The notes under the pieces are model-generated. The model was not told the DNA's origin, did no database searches, and saw nothing but the letters and a program-made list of their open reading frames with translations. A program made the position numbers and the translations under genes. From Chiloscyllium plagiosum (lineage: Eukaryota), in the NCBI RefSeq assembly GCF_004010195.1, contig NC_057719.1, forward strand, positions 36,242,585 through 36,306,584: 64,000 nt of DNA, given 5' to 3'. Shown piece by piece: positions 1 to 12,260 of this stretch. The stretch's first letter is position 1. Every line of letters begins with the position of its first letter.

Positions 1-143
1 GCTCTCTGCCTTTATTCATGATGAAGGGCTTTTGCCCGAAACGTCGATTTTGCCTGTCCTCGGATGCTGCCTGAATTGCTGTGCTCTTCCAGCACCACTG
101 ATCCAGAATCTGGTTTCCAGCATCTGCAGTCATTGTTTTTACC
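1..143 (+). mobile_element. Short PLE-derived element with mutated hammerhead (ATGATGA...GAAACGTC)
   Basis: Same family as the copies at 10386, 15491, 24045, 25370 and 41277. Ends CCAGCATCTGCAGTC. Confidence 0.65.
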
Positions 144-273
144 CTGTGCAGTGACATTGACTGGTTTACAAAGATAGGGTGTACCACCTGCAGGCTGGTC
201 TGCAGCTACAAGGCTTTGGGAGGGAGTGCTATGCCTATAGTGCTGAAGATCACAGCAACATTGTAGTTCCTCA

Positions 274-765
274 TGTAATGATGCTGTGGCTTTAAGAGGT
301 TATTTTATTCTGGTGGTTTTTGGAGAGGTTGTAAGGCAATACTGAAACCATGGGAGTAAACAGCTTGTGAGGCCTTGGTTTTTGTTTTAATTTGGAACAG
401 TATAAGCTGCCTGGATGGGTGTGGCCAGGTCTCTCAGATCAGGCTTTCTGTGTTTTTTTCGTTTTTAGGTTTAGCCTTTAGCAGTTGCTGCTGTGGACTT
501 GAAGAAGTAGAAGCTATTTTTTGCTCTTTCAATTATAGCCAAAAGCGGGGAGTTCTGTTCCTAAGCTGCTAGATTGCATGTGAGACAAAATCTATTTCTC
601 TGAATTTGTCTTTTTGCAAAATGATGTGTTTATGGGATATTACTATATTGGAACAGTTAATAATTACTGTATATGTGATTCTGTTAAGTTTTCAAATGGA
701 GTGAAATTATTCTAAATTCCTCTTTGTGAATCCAGGGTGATCACTGCTCCTTAAAGTATTCTCGA
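274..765 (+). mobile_element. LTR remnant related to 8678-9297
   Basis: Shared start (TG..GATGCTG...CTTTAA...GGTTAT) and shared internal segments such as TTTTTGC...GTGTTTA.GGGA. Confidence 0.45.
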
Positions 766-886
766 AAGGAATACGAACGTGTTCGAGGCATCACTGGATT
801 GCAAGATGCTAAAGGATTTTGGAAAATTATGGCATATTTATTTACATATAAGTGCTTTACAAAATGTTCACACCCATGGTCCCATA

Positions 887-1212
887 GGGGCAGCATGGTG
901 GCTCAGTGGTTAGCACTGCTGCCTCACAGCACCAGGGTCCCAGGTTCGATCCCAACCTCGGGCGACTGTCTGTGTGAAGTTTGCACATTCTCCCCATGTC
1001 TGTGCGGGTTTGCTCCGGGTACTCCGGTTTCCTCCCACAATCCAAAGATGTGCAGGTTAGGTGAATTGGCCATTCTAAATTGCCCACAGTGTAGGGTGCA
1101 TTAGTTAGAGGGAAAAAGGGTTTGGGTGGGTTACTCTTCGGAGGGTCAGTGTGAACTTGTTGGGCTGAATGGCCTGTTTGCACACTATAGGGAATCTAAT
1201 CTAATCTAATCT
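887..1212 (+). mobile_element. HE1-like tRNA-derived V-SINE, full length
   Basis: A box TGGCTCAGTGG, B box GGTTCGATCC, central domain TGTGTGAAGTTTGCACATTCTCCCC..., CR1-like tail and (AATCT)n end. Confidence 0.85.
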
Positions 1213-3568
1213 CAAAGTGAATTCAATATTCTTTCGGCTTTCACTTCCTACCATTATGTCGAGGTGCGCTGGTGGAAGCCTGCTCTCAGCTTTGCTGCCT
1301 TGCTATGGATGACTCTGGTGTTTGTCCTTGGGTGACATGGGGCCTAGAGGGCTCCAACTTGTTGTGGGCCTCCTGCACTTGGAGATGTAATCCCCTCAGT
1401 TTGAATTGTTGGAGACTTTAGATACCCTGCTAGAGGGGAGGTGGTGGCATAGAGTACCATTTCAGGGTCCTGAGAGGTCAATTCCTAAATGCCCAGTGCT
1501 CCAGCTCTCTGGCAATGCACAGTGGCCCCTCTCTCACCCCTTGATGGGATGAAGCACCTGGAGGGAGGTCACAGTCCCTTGGTTGCCTCTCGCTGAGCCA
1601 ATGAATGAAAGCATCCATTAGTGATACAGTGAGGTCTAGGATACATTGAGGAGACACTGACAGCAATGCTGGACCTGTCCCTCCCTCCACAGAATCCATC
1701 ACCAGGCCCATGGAAGTGGCCAGTACCACATTAGACAGATTGAGGGCAGGCACCTTTACCCATCGTTTCAGTCCAAGTAAGCAGCCTGTCACTTCTGCCA
1801 GTTGTCCCACTGCTTGCCTCTGCCTTTCTGCCATTCCATTAAAGGTCCAGTCATCCAGAGGTTTACTACCTGCACTTAGTTCAACAAGGCCTGTTCTTCA
1901 ATAGTCCCTTGAGTATCAGAGACCTTGACTGTCCCTTCCACTTCCAGCTATGGGTCCTTCAAGATGGAAGTGGTTGTTAGCTACATTACCTCCAGGTTTT
2001 CCTGCTGTTGTGCATCTTTTGTCACTCGTGATGGATTAGTGATTGTGATCCAGTGGTTGCAGAAATAAAGATAAGGATAGTGTGTGTGTCATGAAGTGCC
2101 ATCCTTACAAAAGCTGCATTAAAATTTTGTCGCTTGAAGTGTACATTTGAGAAAATGTTTGGAGGTTTTCTCATGAGATTGTTGGAAACCTTCAGCCTTG
2201 CTTTCTGCACAGGTCTGCTCCCCATGTCTCCCTAACAGCTTGGTTCCTGATATGTTCTGAGGGCCCAGAGTTTGACTATATTGCCACCTGTCTTGGCATG
2301 TTCTTTCTGCCAGATCCTTGACCTACAAGAGTGTTGCGCATTAAGAAAGACATTATAATGGTTTCAGAAACAGTTTGCCTGCATTGATAGTTACAGAGGC
2401 AAACCCACAGAACTGTGCCCTGAATGAGGAGAAAGCGGTTTGGGGCAAGTTATGATTGAGGTGGCCTTGAACGAAAGATGGCTGCATGTGGTGAAAATGT
2501 TGGAGTTGATGGATTTTATTTGAGTGTGTAATATTTGTTTGATGTGTTGATGCTCCAATAACCTTCTGGGGTGGTGTCTTCGAACCATTCGAGCTTTTGG
2601 TGAGAAGGTAATCAATGCTCAGTTCTCCTAGTTGTGATGAAAGGTAAGTGGGCTGTTGGAGTGTGAGCTGCTGAGTGCTGAATGCAGGTTCCTTTCTCCT
2701 TCCTGAGTGAATCCTGGGTGGATGTGTGAGAGGCAGTATCACTGCATTGCTCTGTGTTCCACTCAAGTAGGCGCAACTAATTGAGAGACACTTAATGAGA
2801 CATGAGGCACCTAATGGAGGTGTCTGTCATCCAAGGAAGCACATGATGTTCTTGTAGTATGGCAAAGTGACTATTGGTAGGACACAGCCAGACATAAAGG
2901 ATTTGTAGACAATGACAGTAACCCTGGCAGGCTGTAAGAGATTATACAGTCTCTTGTGGCACTGAATCCAGTCACAGTCTCTGTCATCTCAGCCACCTAG
3001 ACTGTGAGGTGGATGACTTCCTGCTTCTGTTCTTGGCTGACAGAATGCCCCTGCTTTCATACACACGTGGGTGGAGCATTTCAAGAGTGCAGTCATTAAA
3101 CTTTTATGCGGCCTACTGCCTCTGTTCCTCACCAATAAAATGTTAATCATGCACGCCTATATAATCAGCTTTACAGGATGTAATTCTGTGAGAAAGTCTG
3201 ACCTTGCCCAAAATAGAAGATTATCCTATTTTTCAGGCCTGCCATGACATTTAGCTTCAAAAAAGTCAACTTGCTGCAGACACGGTCATAGATCGCACTG
3301 ATCCATTAGAAGTTGAGATAGTTTTGAATCAATCTGTTCAGACAGGTCCATACACGCTGCTGGAACAGGTGGGATTTAAACCTGAGCATCCTAGCTAGGT
3401 CACACTGGTATCTACTTGCTCTCACATGTATCAGCTACAACACATCACCTTCATTGCCACCTTGATTGTTTTATGTGACTGATCAACTAAAGCTCAGACG
3501 CATCACTCAACTGTTTTCTGGAATTATTATTAGTTTTTATTCAGCTATAAACTTAATGCTGAATTTGT

Positions 3569-3630
3569 GGGCGGCACGGTGGCACAGCGGTTAGCACTGC
3601 TGCCTCACAGCGCCAGAGACCTGGGTTCAA
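3569..3630 (+). mobile_element. HE1-like SINE tRNA head only
   Basis: A box and partial B box joined directly to the tail microsatellite. Confidence 0.8.
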
Positions 3631-3780
3631 TCTAATCTAATCTAATCTAATCTAATCTAATCTAATCTAATCTAATCTAATCTAATCTAATCTAATCTAA
3701 TCTAATCTAATCTAATCTAATCTAATCTAATCTAATCTAATCTAATCTAATCTAATCTAATCTAATCTAATCTAATCTAA
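3631..3780 (+). repeat. (TCTAA)30 perfect microsatellite
   Basis: Direct count gives 150 bp. The motif is the SINE/LINE tail repeat. Confidence 0.97.
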
Positions 3781-4954
3781 TGCAATACATATATTCCCAT
3801 TGCCTTTTTAAAGAAGTATCCCCGTTTAAATTGAAAACATTTACAACTTATGTGCCTAAGTAATGCCTCTGAACATTCACCAGCTGCTGGAGGCTGAAGA
3901 CAGATACAAAAAGTACACCTACTTCCCCCAAAGTGCCCAAGTAAGTATTTACACCGTGAAGCTATTTGTCCTCAACTCACTCTGTACTGCACTAATTTGC
4001 CATGACTTATTTTGCAGCATCTCCCTATCCCCATGACTATCATCATCTAAAAGGACAAGAGCATCAGCTACATAATCATACCATCACTTGCATGTTTTCC
4101 TCCAAAGCAGAGACTGTCCGGACTTTGACCTGTATTGCTGTATCTTCTTTAGTGACTGAAAGCCATGGCAACACTGTGTGAACTCCTTCATCTTGACGGA
4201 ATGCAAAAGTTCAAGAATGCAAAAGCTCACCACCACTTCATTACGGCTAGGTATGGGCGGAAAGTGCTGGCCTAGCCATGTTCACCTCAGAAGAATGTAT
4301 TTTTTTAGGACCCAGTTTAAAACCAATGGCATCAAAGGATATGCAGAGAAAATGTAAAATCTCCCATAATCTAATGGATTAATTAGTTTCTTTGGACAAA
4401 CTTTGGACATATCATGTATTTTCATGTGTGACACGTCATTCTTTACATAAGATTATTATCAATTTATTCTTAGTACCTTCAGAATGGATCGACACATCGA
4501 CCAAGTGAGTCATAACCTGATTTACAGTCTAAAGGAACTGTCTCTACTAGCATTCTTTGAAAAACTGAATGTTGGCACCCAGATATACTACTTTTTGACT
4601 GATGAGATCTCTGATATATTGGAATAAGCAAATTTTACTATTTCAAAAATATTTTGCATACACTTAAACAAACCTATGTTGCACCTATGAATGGATCTAT
4701 TTATCCAGAAAGGAAATGGAATAGTCTCAATGTGAGAGATTGAAGGAAATCTGAAATAAACACAGCGAAGGCTGGGCACACTCAGCAGCACTCAGCAGAG
4801 AGAAACAGTGCTAACATTTTGAATAAAGTATGATTCCTCTTTGGAACATTTCTGAACAGCCAATTTCAGAAGAATTGTCATATCAAATTCCGATTCAGAT
4901 TCTGTTTTTCTGTCTCCACAGTTGCTGCCAAACCTGCTGAGTTTCTTCACCATT

Positions 4955-5214
4955 GGATTAGATGAGATTAGATTACTTACAGTGTGGAAACAGGCCCTTC
5001 GGCCCAACAAGTCCACACCAACCCGCTGAAGCGCAACCCACCCAGACCCATTCCCCTACATTTACCCCTGCCCCTTACACTATGGGCAATTTAACATGGC
5101 CAATTCACCTAGTCTGCACATTTTTGGACTGTGGGAGGAAACCGGAGCACCCAGAGGAAACCCACGCAGACATGGGGAGAAGGTGCAAACTCCACACAGT
5201 CAGTCGCCTGAGGC
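4955..5214 (-). mobile_element. HE1-like V-SINE, 5'-truncated
   Basis: Reverse complement of the body and tail of 20876-21195. Inserted into an older PLE-derived element. Confidence 0.85.
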
Positions 5215-6740
5215 ATTCTCTTTGTTTAGTTGAGAAAGAAAGAATCAAACCTTTTACCATTTGGTCCGTGAGCATGCTCGAAAGTTCAATAAGATCATGG
5301 CTGATCTGTTTGTGATTCAAATTCAACATACCATCTACCTCCAGTTCCCTGGATTTCCCTGCCTAACAAGAATCTATCTACTTCTGCCTTAAAAAACATT
5401 CAATGACACTCCTTCATCATCTTCTGAGGCCTCGAGTTCCAAAATTGTATAACCATCTGAGAGAAAAAAAAAGTCTTGTCTGGCTTGACCCCTAATTTTG
5501 AAACCAATGCCCTCTAGTTCTGGACTGACCTACAAGAGGAAATATTCTTTCCACATCCATCTTCTCAAGACCATTCAGGAAATTATAAACTCCAATGGAA
5601 ACAAATCCAGTGTGTCCAATTTATCTTCATAAGACAAAGCTTCCCACAATCCAATGGGCTTCACTTGTGGAAGTGACCATCTTCCCTGTTGGAGCTCCAA
5701 CTGAGGGGTGAGACTATTGTCAGCTCAATGAAATCCCAGCCTATGTGTCAAATGGGGAATGTTTAAATTTTTGTGTTTCAAGTGGCTATTTTCTGTGTAT
5801 ATGTCTGTAACTTGATATGGCAAACAATTGCTTTAAAATCTATTTCCTTAACAAAAGCAAAGAAGTTGCCTTTTTTGATAAATATGTGAACTCTCCGGCA
5901 GTTTGGATAGTTTCTTCCTGTTGTAGGAAAAGTCAAATAATTATTCCTCAACAAGGAGAGTATTCTGTTCTTCTTAGTATTTCACAAAGCCTGAATAATC
6001 ATATGAAGATCTTAAATTTCAATGTTCTTTTTAGTTTCTCCATTTTTAGAGACTTAAGACAATTGAGACGTTTTGCTAATAATGGACTGTTATGTTCAGC
6101 TGGATTAATGCTAAGGGTTTTTATCTGAAGTAAATAATTTTTGATTATTCAGTAGATAACAACTAGTATTGAAGAATATTTTGTTCCTATTTTTCTTAAA
6201 TAGTTCTAGTGGCTAGACAGGCTTGGGAGAAGAATAGCTTTTGGCTTGACTTAACTTGGCAAACAGTTTAGTCTTCACTAACTGCCAAGTAATCTGCATG
6301 CTACCAAATAGTTGAACCAGCAAATCCAATGAAATATTACGACAAAATACTTTCTCCTAGTAAGTTGAGAGCACCCGGCCTAATTGAAGTTATTCAAATA
6401 CAGGTTCTCAGGTTTAGCTATTTCCCACATAATTGTCTCTCATCTTGAAGTTGAGTAAAGATAACAAATGACACAATTACAGTCAGCTTGTCTCAGGGTT
6501 ATCGCATTTAGCTTTACGTCAGAAGATTGTGGATGCAAGTCATTTTTCATGTTATACTCAAGACTGACACTTTTGGGATAGTGCTGCATTGTTGGGGGTG
6601 GTGTCCATGAATCACAAACAAAATTGATATCAGACCTACCTTGACTAGTGCCTTGCGTGACCATTAATATTTTCAGATCACTTCCATGAGGAAATGAGTA
6701 AGCTCACAGTGCGCTGATTAACATTCCCACACCCTCCCTT

Positions 6741-6895
6741 CACCACCACACACTCCCTACACCACCATACTCTCCCGACACCACCACACTCTCCCTACAC
6801 CACCACACTCTCCCTACACCACCACACACTCCCTACACCACCACACTCTTCCCTACACCACACTCTCCCTCCACCACCACATTCTCCCTATACCA
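6741..6895. repeat. ~19-bp minisatellite (CACCACCACACTCTCCCTA), about 8 copies
   Basis: Directly visible imperfect tandem array. Confidence 0.88.
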
Positions 6896-6976
6896 TCGAA
6901 CAGCTTCATGGCTATTTGTGAGATTCTGTTTGCGTTTGCTCTTTGCAGTTTAGAGACCAATCCATATAACTTTTTA

Positions 6977-7190
6977 AAAAACAAAACAGAAATTGCTGGA
7001 AACTCTCAGCTGGTCTGGCAGCATCTGTGCAGAGAAATCCAAGTTAAAGATTTGGGTTCAGTCACCTTTCTTCAGCACTGCCAGTTAAGTCTGATTTTTC
7101 CCTGAAGATGTTGGCAGAACTGCTAAGATTTTCCACTAATTTCTGTTTTGGTTCTGATTTCCAGCATCTGCAGTTCTTTCAGGTTTTCAT
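6977..7190. mobile_element. Older inverted-repeat PLE-derived element (fourth family)
   Basis: AAAACAGAAATTGCTGGAAA...TTTTCCACTAATTTCTGTTTT form inverted arms, with a decayed CTGAAGA box on the minus strand near 7070-7076. A related copy lies at ~4750-4953 and 5215-5227. Confidence 0.5.
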
Positions 7191-7612
7191 AAACTTTTAA
7201 TTAACTTTTAAAATCTTATCTATGTGCATGTGTTTTGGTATTCCTTCTCACATGTTGTAATTTATTTGCCTTTACTTTCTTTTTGTTAATTCAAGGAAGC
7301 CTGGCTAAATTGGCTCCTTTTTAAAGCATAAGTTCATGTGGTCTTGGAACAAGGTGTCCATAAGTGATGGAATAACTTATAAATGAACCTTGTTGGAAGC
7401 AGCCAATCCAGGGGCTGGGTGAATTACCAGTCTATCTCTCCTCACCCAGGAGTTTAACCGTTTGGAGTATCCTGTCTGGAACTGTTGAAAACTGAAGAAC
7501 TTTGCCTTAGTTCTGGTCATGTATAATGCATGTATTTTGTATAAACATTCATTTTCTCCAATAGCACGAATACATATTTTAACTTTTGTATTAATTTAAC
7601 AATGTTATCCTG

Positions 7613-8203
7613 AACTGCTGCATCACTGCCTGGTTCGGGAATTACACCGTCTCAGATCATAAGACCCTACAACAGATAGTGAGGACAGCTGAGAAGATCA
7701 TCACGGTCTCTCTTCCCTCCATTATAGACATTTACACCACACGCTGCATCCGAAAGGCTAAGAGCATTGTGGAAGACCCCACACATCCCTCACTCAAACT
7801 CTTCTTCTTCCTGCCATCTGGCAGAAGATACCGGAGCATTTGGTCTCTCACGGCCAGACTGTGCAACAGTTTCTTCCCCTGTGCCATTAGGGCTCCTCAA
7901 CAGACTCTGTTCCATTTGAAACTCTTTGCATGACTTTGATTTGCTGCTAGAACAATGTTTTATTAATTATACATTCTTTTATTACACTATAATTTGTATC
8001 CCACTGTACCTAATTTCTTGACATGTCAGGAATTTCTGTGCTGTCTTGCATGTTTTGCACTTATGCACTTTATGCTGCCCTGAGTATGATCGTCTAGTTT
8101 AAGCTGTCCATGTAGCACCTTGGTCCAGATGGAATGCTGTCCCATTTTTACTGTATCAGTTGTAAATGGTAGAAATGACAAATAAAGCTACTCTTGACTC
8201 TTG
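7613..8203 (+). mobile_element. Rex1/Babar-type LINE 3' fragment
   Basis: CITAWFGN...LQQIVRTAEKII...RKAKSIVEDPTHP...F..LPSGRRYRS...RLCNSFFP, typical of the Rex/Babar RT C-terminus. Ends AATAAA plus (ACTCTTG)2. Confidence 0.8.
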
Positions 8204-8503
8204 CATGTGTTATAGAGGTCTACAACAAAGAAAAATGCCATTCAGCACATCAAGACTGCAGGCAGTTAAGAAGAACCTAACTATTCTAATCCCATTTTCC
8301 AGCAGTTGGCCCATAGCTTTGACATTGCAAGTGTACATCTAAATACTTATTAAATGTTATATGGGTTTCTACCTCTACCACTCTTAAAGGCAGTGAATTC
8401 TAGATTCCCACCACCCTTTGGTTGATAGTGTTTTCCTCTCATCCCCCCTAGCCCCCTTGCCTCTTACCTTAAATCTCCACCAAGGGGAAACGTTTCTTCC
8501 CAT

Positions 8504-10337
8504 TGTGATGTTGCTACTCCTTTAACAAGGTTATGCTGTCCTTGGTGCATGTTTACATGATTATTGTCAATGTAATGTATATGTGTGTTGGTACAGTACC
8601 AACAGTTTAAGATTAAGGGATTTGAAAATGAAGCCACCTTTGGATATTGTTAGTTCATTTTTTTTAAAAGGGGGAGGTGTGATGCTGCTCCTTTAACATT
8701 GTTATGCTGTCTTTGGTTTTCTTTTTCAGAGAGGTCATAAAAACAGCGATTCCGAAAAGTCTAGGTTTGTGTGGGTTTTAGGGCCAATTTGATTATAGCT
8801 AGCAGACACTGTCTCAAGAAAAAGGCTTTCAAGTCTTAAAAAAAAGCACTTGTACAATGAAAGCAGAGTGGCCAGTTCTCCCAGCTCAGCTTTTCTTTGG
8901 CTTGGTTTGATTTTTAACAGTTTGACTGTTCACTGAAAGCAGGCAGTTGGTTTGAGGCTGCCGGTCCAAGAAACAGCTCCATGGAAGAAGGTGTTCCATG
9001 CTGAATTACTCTGTCATCTCTCTCTCTCTCTCTCCTGTAAGCCCCTGTGTTTTATTTTACCTTTTTTGCCAAGGGGTGTTTAAGGGAATAATTGCAAGAA
9101 TTTGAAACAGCATTGTTAAATTGGGATAGTCTGTTGGGTTTTCGGATCGGTTAAGTTGTTCTATGTTCTGTTTTCTTTTGTTTATATTTCAGTAATATTG
9201 TAAATAAATTATGTTTTGTTTAAAATTAAGTGGTTGGGCCAGCTGCATCACTCCTGAAATATCCACTCTACACCTGCTTAAAACAATGAGCAAAGTTAGA
9301 ACATAGAGCATAGAACAGTACAGCACAGTACAGACCCTTTAGCCCTTGATGTACCGACTTTTTATCCTACTCTAAGCTCAAACTAATCTATATAACCTAC
9401 ATTTTACTCTCATCCATGTGCCTATCAAATAGTTGCTTAAATGTCCCTAATGTATCTGACTCTATTACTACAGCTGGCTGTGCATTCCATGCACTCACCA
9501 CTCTCTGTGTAAAGAACCAAACTCTGACATCTTCCCTAAACCTTCCTCCAATCACCTTAAAATTATGTCCCCTCATGATAGCCATTTCCACCCTGGGAAA
9601 AAGTCTCTGGCTATCCACTGTATGTATACTCTCATCATCTTGTACACCTCTATTAAGTCACTGTGATCCTTCTTCACTCCAATGAGAAAAGCCTTAGCTC
9701 CCTCAACCTTTCTTCATAAGACATGCCCTCCAGTCCAGGCAGGATCCTGGTAAATCTCCTCTGCACCCTCTCTAAAGCTTCCACATATTTCCTATAATGA
9801 GGTGACTAGATCTGAGCACAATATTTCAAGTGCGGTCTCACCAGGGCTCTATCAAGCTGCAGCATAACCTTGCGGCTCTTGAAACTCAATCCCCCTGCCA
9901 AAGAAAGCCAACACACCACACGCCTTAACAACCTTATCAACTTGAGTGGCAACTTTGAGGGATCTATAGACATGGACCATGAGATCTCTCTTTTCCTCCA
10001 CACTGCCAAGAATCTTGCCTTTAACCCTATATTCTGCAGTCAAATTTGACCTTCCAAAATAAATCAATTCACACTTTTCCAAGTTGAACTCCATCTGCCA
10101 CTTCTCAGCCCAGTTCTGCATCCTATCAATGTCCCATTGCAAACTGCAAAGCCCTCCACACTATCCACTTCTCCACCAGTCCTTGTGTCCTTGGCAAACT
10201 TACTAATCCACCCTTCTATTTCCTAATCCAAGTTGTTTATAAAAATCACAAAGTGCAGAGGTCCCAGAACAGATCCCTGCTGAGATCTGGGCTACTTCCT
10301 TGAAATGTTTGGAGGGGTTCTGGCCTGGTGAATAACA
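8504..10337 (+). mobile_element. Internally deleted LTR retroelement (5'LTR stub, PPT, 3'LTR interrupted by a CR1)
   Basis: The LTR start TGTGATG..CTCCTTTAACA..GTTATGCTGTC occurs at 8504 and 8678. PPT AAAAGGGGGAGG at 8666-8677, end ...ATAACA at 10337, 4-bp flanks CCAT/CCAC. Confidence 0.65.
9298..10280 (-). mobile_element. CR1-type LINE, 5'-truncated
   Basis: WAEKWQMEFNLEKCE, LVRPHLKYCAQ and FFTQRVV motifs, with (TTCTATG)n-like tail at the left end. Confidence 0.85.
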
Positions 10338-10385
10338 CCACCTACCTGTAAATTCCCCTTATAATTTTATACATCTCAATCATGT

Positions 10386-10592
10386 GTTGCTAGAAAAGCG
10401 CAGCAGGTCAGGTAGCATCCAGGGAACAGGAGAATCGACGTTTCGGGCATAAGCCCTTCTTCAGGAATCGGGCTTATGCCCGAAACGTCGATTCTCCTGT
10501 TCCCTGGATGCTGCCTGACCTGCTGTGCTTTTCCAGCAACACATTTTCAGCTCTGATCTCCAGCATCTGCAGACCTCACTTTCTCCTCCTAT
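10386..10592. mobile_element. Short PLE-derived element, partially inverted (74-bp arms), 13-bp TSD
   Basis: Arms 10383-10456 and 10470-10543 with 3 mismatches. ATCTCAATCATGT occurs at 10373-10385 and 10593-10605. Confidence 0.8.
10432..10468 (-). ncRNA. Minimal hammerhead ribozyme motif, second family
   Basis: Minus strand ATTC-CTGAAGA-A-GGGC-ttat-GCCC-GAAA-CG-TC-GATTC has intact CUGANGA/GAAA/GUC, palindromic ACGT and a weak stem I. Confidence 0.65.
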
Positions 10593-11649
10593 ATCTCAAT
10601 CATGTCTCCCCTCAGTCTATGTTGCTTCCAGGGAAGTAGCCCCAAGTCTATCCAATCTATCCTCATAATTAAAACTCTCCAGACTAGGTACATCCTGGTA
10701 AATTTCCTTTGCATCCCTCCTAGAATATTGATTCAAGTGTGGCCAAAACAAAGTTTATACAGTTCCAGCATAACCTTCTTGCTCTCAAACTCTCTGCATT
10801 TGCTTTCTTAACCACCTCATTCACCTGTCCTGATGCCTTAAGAGACTGTGGCATGTACGCCAAGATCCCTCTGATCCTTGCTTGCGCCCAGAGGCTTACC
10901 ATTCATCATTGATTTCTTTGCCTTGTTTGTCTTGCATAAATGCTTCACCTCCCACTTATTCGGATTGAATTACATTTACAACTGATGAGCCCACCTGACC
11001 AGTCTGTCCAAATCCTCCTATAATTTAAGGCTATTTTCCTCACTGTTTACCACCCCACCAATTTTCATATCACTCTCGAACTTACTGATCCACCACATAC
11101 ATTCAGATCTAAAATGTTTAAATATACCATAAACAGTAAGTTCCCCATCACATATCCCTGTGGAACCCTACTGGGTTCACTGTTCATTTCAGAACCCATA
11201 ATGAGAGGGGTCATCAGCAACATGGGAATTTGTTCAAGGGATTAAACAGTTGCATGGTCTGTGTTCCTGATTTGATGTCTGCTACATTCTGTTGCATAAA
11301 TTTGGGTCAGAAAAATTGAGTCTGCTATCAAGAAAAACCCTGCCTTATTTAAATACTTGGCTTTAAGTCAGGTCTCATTTTGAACCTTGTAGTCCCTGCC
11401 AAGGTTCCACTATTGCTCAACTTCATCCTATTTCGAATTAGTGCACAGGAATCTTGGATTGGCTATCCACATGCTTTGTATTAGAAAATTATTAGTTGGG
11501 ATGCTGAAAGTTTTCTTTGTATTTTGAATCACATTTTGCTGCATTTGCTTCATTTATGAGTTGATTTTAATGGGATGACTGCCATTTTACACTTCCTGTT
11601 GAAACTGGGTTTAAACAGGCTTTGTGGCTGCTGCTAATTTAATTGTAGA

Positions 11650-12260
11650 GTACATTGCTGATGATTGCGCAATATTCAACACTGTTCATGACTCTTTGGA
11701 TCCTGAAACAGTCTATGAACATGTACAGCAAGACCTGGGTAATATCCAGGCTTGGCTGTTAAGTGGCACACAAATGCCAGGCAAATATCATCTCCAACAA
11801 GAAAGAATCTAACTAGCTCCCCTTGCCATTCAGTGGCATTATCATCACCAGATTCCCACTTCAGCATCCTGAAGGTTACCATTGACCAGAAACTGTACTG
11901 GGCCAATTATATAATCATAGTCGCTGCAAGAGCAGGGCAGAGGCTAGCAATGCTGTAGCGAGTAACTCACCTCCAGACTCCCCAACATCTGTTCACCATC
12001 TAATGGCTCGAATGAAGAGTGTGGAGGAATGATCCTCACTTACTTGGATGAGTGTAGCTTTGACAACATCCAAGAAGCTCAAAATAATTCAGATCAAGGC
12101 AGCCTGCATGATTGGTGTCACATTCAACATCTTCAACATTCATTCCCTCCACCATTGATGCACAGTGGCATTAGTGAGTATCACCTCCAAGATGCACTGC
12201 AGCACCTCACCAAGGTTCCCACATAGCACCTTTCAAACAGATAACCTCTACCACCTAGCA
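11650..12260 (+). mobile_element. Old CR1/L2-group LINE RT fragment
   Basis: YIADDCAIFNTVHDS...QQDLGNIQAW, homologous to ~44800-45300. Confidence 0.65.

Larger units (their letters stand above)
8220..11180 (-). mobile_element. Older CR1 host element split into 8220-8503 and 10338-11180
   Basis: CR1 3' RT and tail sequence continues colinearly across the LTR insertion. Confidence 0.6.

Noticed and set aside
887..960. tRNA genes at 887, 3569 and 20876
   Set aside because: The A/B boxes belong to SINE heads that continue into SINE body or tail; no complete acceptor stem or terminator was seen.
3631..3780. Telomere-like repeat
   Set aside because: The motif is TTAGA/TCTAA, the SINE/LINE tail repeat, not vertebrate TTAGGG.
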